Program-made: the position numbers and the translations under genes
From: Candidatus Bathyarchaeota archaeon
GTDB lineage: Archaea; Thermoproteota; Bathyarchaeia; 40CM-2-53-6
Assembly: GCA_963733055.1 (NCBI GenBank)
Contig: CAVTBR010000003.1
Location: forward strand, 320,001-384,000
DNA: 64,000 nucleotides
Direction of reading: 5' to 3'
Notes under the pieces: generated by a model
Told to the model about the DNA's origin: nothing
The model's input: the letters and a program-made list of their open reading frames with translations, nothing else
Databases searched by the model: none
Shown: piece after piece, positions 62,236-64,000 of the stretch
Numbering within the stretch: the first letter of the stretch is position 1
Layout: every line of letters starts with the position of its first letter

Positions 62236-63189
62236 TTGTCCAGCTCTCACATCGTGAAGAAAGAATCCTACCACTACATGTGGAACAAGAACCATAACCC
62301 AGTTTTGGAGATCGATTCAGGCGATCATGTTACCTTCCAAATCAACGAAGTTACGTCATCACAACTAACTCGCAAAAGCACGAGCGGCGATATCGCCAAG
62401 CTTGATGTGTCGAGGTTCTACCCCCTCGCGGGGCCAGTCCTCGTAAAGGGCGCTAAGAAAGGCGACGCGTTGATGGTTGACGTGTTAAAGGTTGATACAG
62501 CTGATTGGGGTTGGTCCGCGGTTATTCCCGGGCTGGGGGCGCTTGAGGGATTCGATCAGCCCTATCTGTGGACGTGGAAAGTCAACAAGAAAAGTTGGAT
62601 AAACTTCACACATGGCCTGAGAGTTCAGTACCGACCGTTCTGTGGCGTGATGGGGGTTGCACCGGCCAACGATGTGCCGACTGAGGTCATGCCTCCTGGA
62701 TTTCACGGTGGCAACATGGACGTACGCCACTTGACTGCTGGAAGCAAGCTACTACTCCCGGTTCAGGTAGATGGTGGTCTGTTTTCGGTCGGCGACGTGC
62801 ACGCTGCTCAGGGCGATGGGGAGGTTTGCGTGACGGCTATCGAATGCCCTGGAACGGTCACCGTGCGAATCGGTTTGATTAAGGGAGCAAACCTTGAGGC
62901 TCCCCACTATTTCACAGCCCCCGAGAGCACGGTTGGAAGAGCCTACGTAACAACCGGCATAGCACCTGACCTGATGGATGCATGTAAGCAATCTATCCGA
63001 GGCATGATACGCGAGTTAACGGAGAATGCGGGGATCAGTAGAGAAGAGGCTTACATATTCTGCAGTGTGGCTGGGGACTTAAGGGTGCACGAAATTGTTG
63101 ACAAGCCAAACTGGGTTGTTGGCTTCATGATACCTCAGAATTGTTTCGGCCCAGTATGGAAGAAGTTGGTCGCGCATAGAACCCACTGA
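62236..63189 (+). CDS. Acetamidase/formamidase family protein
   Basis: GPVLVKGA, PFCGVMGVAP, GGNMD, GDVHAAQGDGEVCVTAIE. Confidence 0.93.
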   Translation: MSSSHIVKKESYHYMWNKNHNPVLEIDSGDHVTFQINEVTSSQLTRKSTSGDIAKLDVSRFYPLAGPVLVKGAKKGDALMVDVLKVDTADWGWSAVIPGLGALEGFDQPYLWTWKVNKKSWINFTHGLRVQYRPFCGVMGVAPANDVPTEVMPPGFHGGNMDVRHLTAGSKLLLPVQVDGGLFSVGDVHAAQGDGEVCVTAIECPGTVTVRIGLIKGANLEAPHYFTAPESTVGRAYVTTGIAPDLMDACKQSIRGMIRELTENAGISREEAYIFCSVAGDLRVHEIVDKPNWVVGFMIPQNCFGPVWKKLVAHRTH

Positions 63190-63285
63190 GTCAGGCGAAG
63201 AGTTTCACGAATTAGAACAGGGATGCACCCGCGTTCTATTACCTAGACTATTAGCCGAAGTATACCTTCTGATATTTCGATTGCA

Positions 63286-63987
63286 ATGAAGAAACGAGTG
63301 ATGGGCTTAGGATTAGTCGGCATAATCGTCCTTGCGTCCTTTCTATACTTCGTCGCTATACCAAGAATAAGCGTCACCGGAACGGGAACCGTGACCGCTT
63401 ATCCCAATGAAGCGGACGTAATGTTTTCAGTTCGCACACAAGACTCATCGGCCGCCAAGGCGGCAGCGGAGAATGGGGTTCAGGCGACTGCTGTTTTTGC
63501 TTCGCTGGGGGCGCTTGGATTGAACAAGAGCGACATCAGGACAATTTCTTACTCTCTCTCGCCTGCATATGACTCCTACAATTACAGCCAAGTCATAGGT
63601 TACGTTGTCGTTAATTCCATGGAAGTAATCGTGATCGGAACTGAAAACCTACCCATCGTGGGGAGGATCGTAGATGCGGTAGTCCAAGCTGGTGCAAACC
63701 AGATAGATGGAATTACCTTCACATTCACTGACCCGAACTACAACACGCTTCGAGCCGAGGCTTATCAGAAGGCGGTTCAGGACGCGAACTCGCAAGCATC
63801 AGCAATAGTTACTGGGTTAGGCGGAGTAATCCTCGGGGTTGCATCAGTATCAACCAATTACGGCTACGGCATCGTCCCACAACCAATGCCATACTCCAGC
63901 ACAAGCGGCGCAAAACAACCTACACCAATAAACTCCGGACCCCAACAAGTAACCGCAACAGTGAACATCACGTATCTCTATCTCTAG
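63286..63987 (+). CDS. SIMPL (DUF541) domain protein
   Basis: ISVTGTGTV, DIRTISYSLSP.Y, GANQIDGI.F, AVQDA...A. Confidence 0.9.
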   Translation: MKKRVMGLGLVGIIVLASFLYFVAIPRISVTGTGTVTAYPNEADVMFSVRTQDSSAAKAAAENGVQATAVFASLGALGLNKSDIRTISYSLSPAYDSYNYSQVIGYVVVNSMEVIVIGTENLPIVGRIVDAVVQAGANQIDGITFTFTDPNYNTLRAEAYQKAVQDANSQASAIVTGLGGVILGVASVSTNYGYGIVPQPMPYSSTSGAKQPTPINSGPQQVTATVNITYLYL

Positions 63988-64000
63988 GCAAACTAGGAAT

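Overview
Archaeal chromosomal DNA of the TACK/Thermoproteota type, most plausibly Bathyarchaeia-like. This is inferred from PolB1, class I LysRS, rps25e, rps30e, thermosome, rpo6, cofE, many TTG/GTG starts and two intron-containing tRNAs. The window has four parts. (1) 1-9.7 kb: an N-compound catabolic cluster (xanthine-dehydrogenase-family Mo enzyme, aldehyde dehydrogenase, class III aminotransferase, PuuE-like deacetylase, 3-hydroxyacyl-CoA dehydrogenase, HpcH aldolase, tartronate semialdehyde reductase). (2) 10-37 kb: housekeeping genes mixed with surface proteins. (3) 38.6-45 kb: rps30e (missed by the ORF track, apparent ATA start), a stand-alone NurA-HerA pair and four winged-helix proteins surrounded by several DNA repeat motifs; this is the best candidate for an undescribed system. 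(4) 45-64 kb: repeat-rich surface proteins with PEF/PGF-like sorting tails and a peptide/amide scavenging region. About nine single-base frameshifts, two of them in PolB1, point to uncorrected long-read errors, so single-base observations need read-level confirmation. No CRISPR array, rRNA, integrase or transposase was seen. All assignments are by eye from motifs; no database searches were run.
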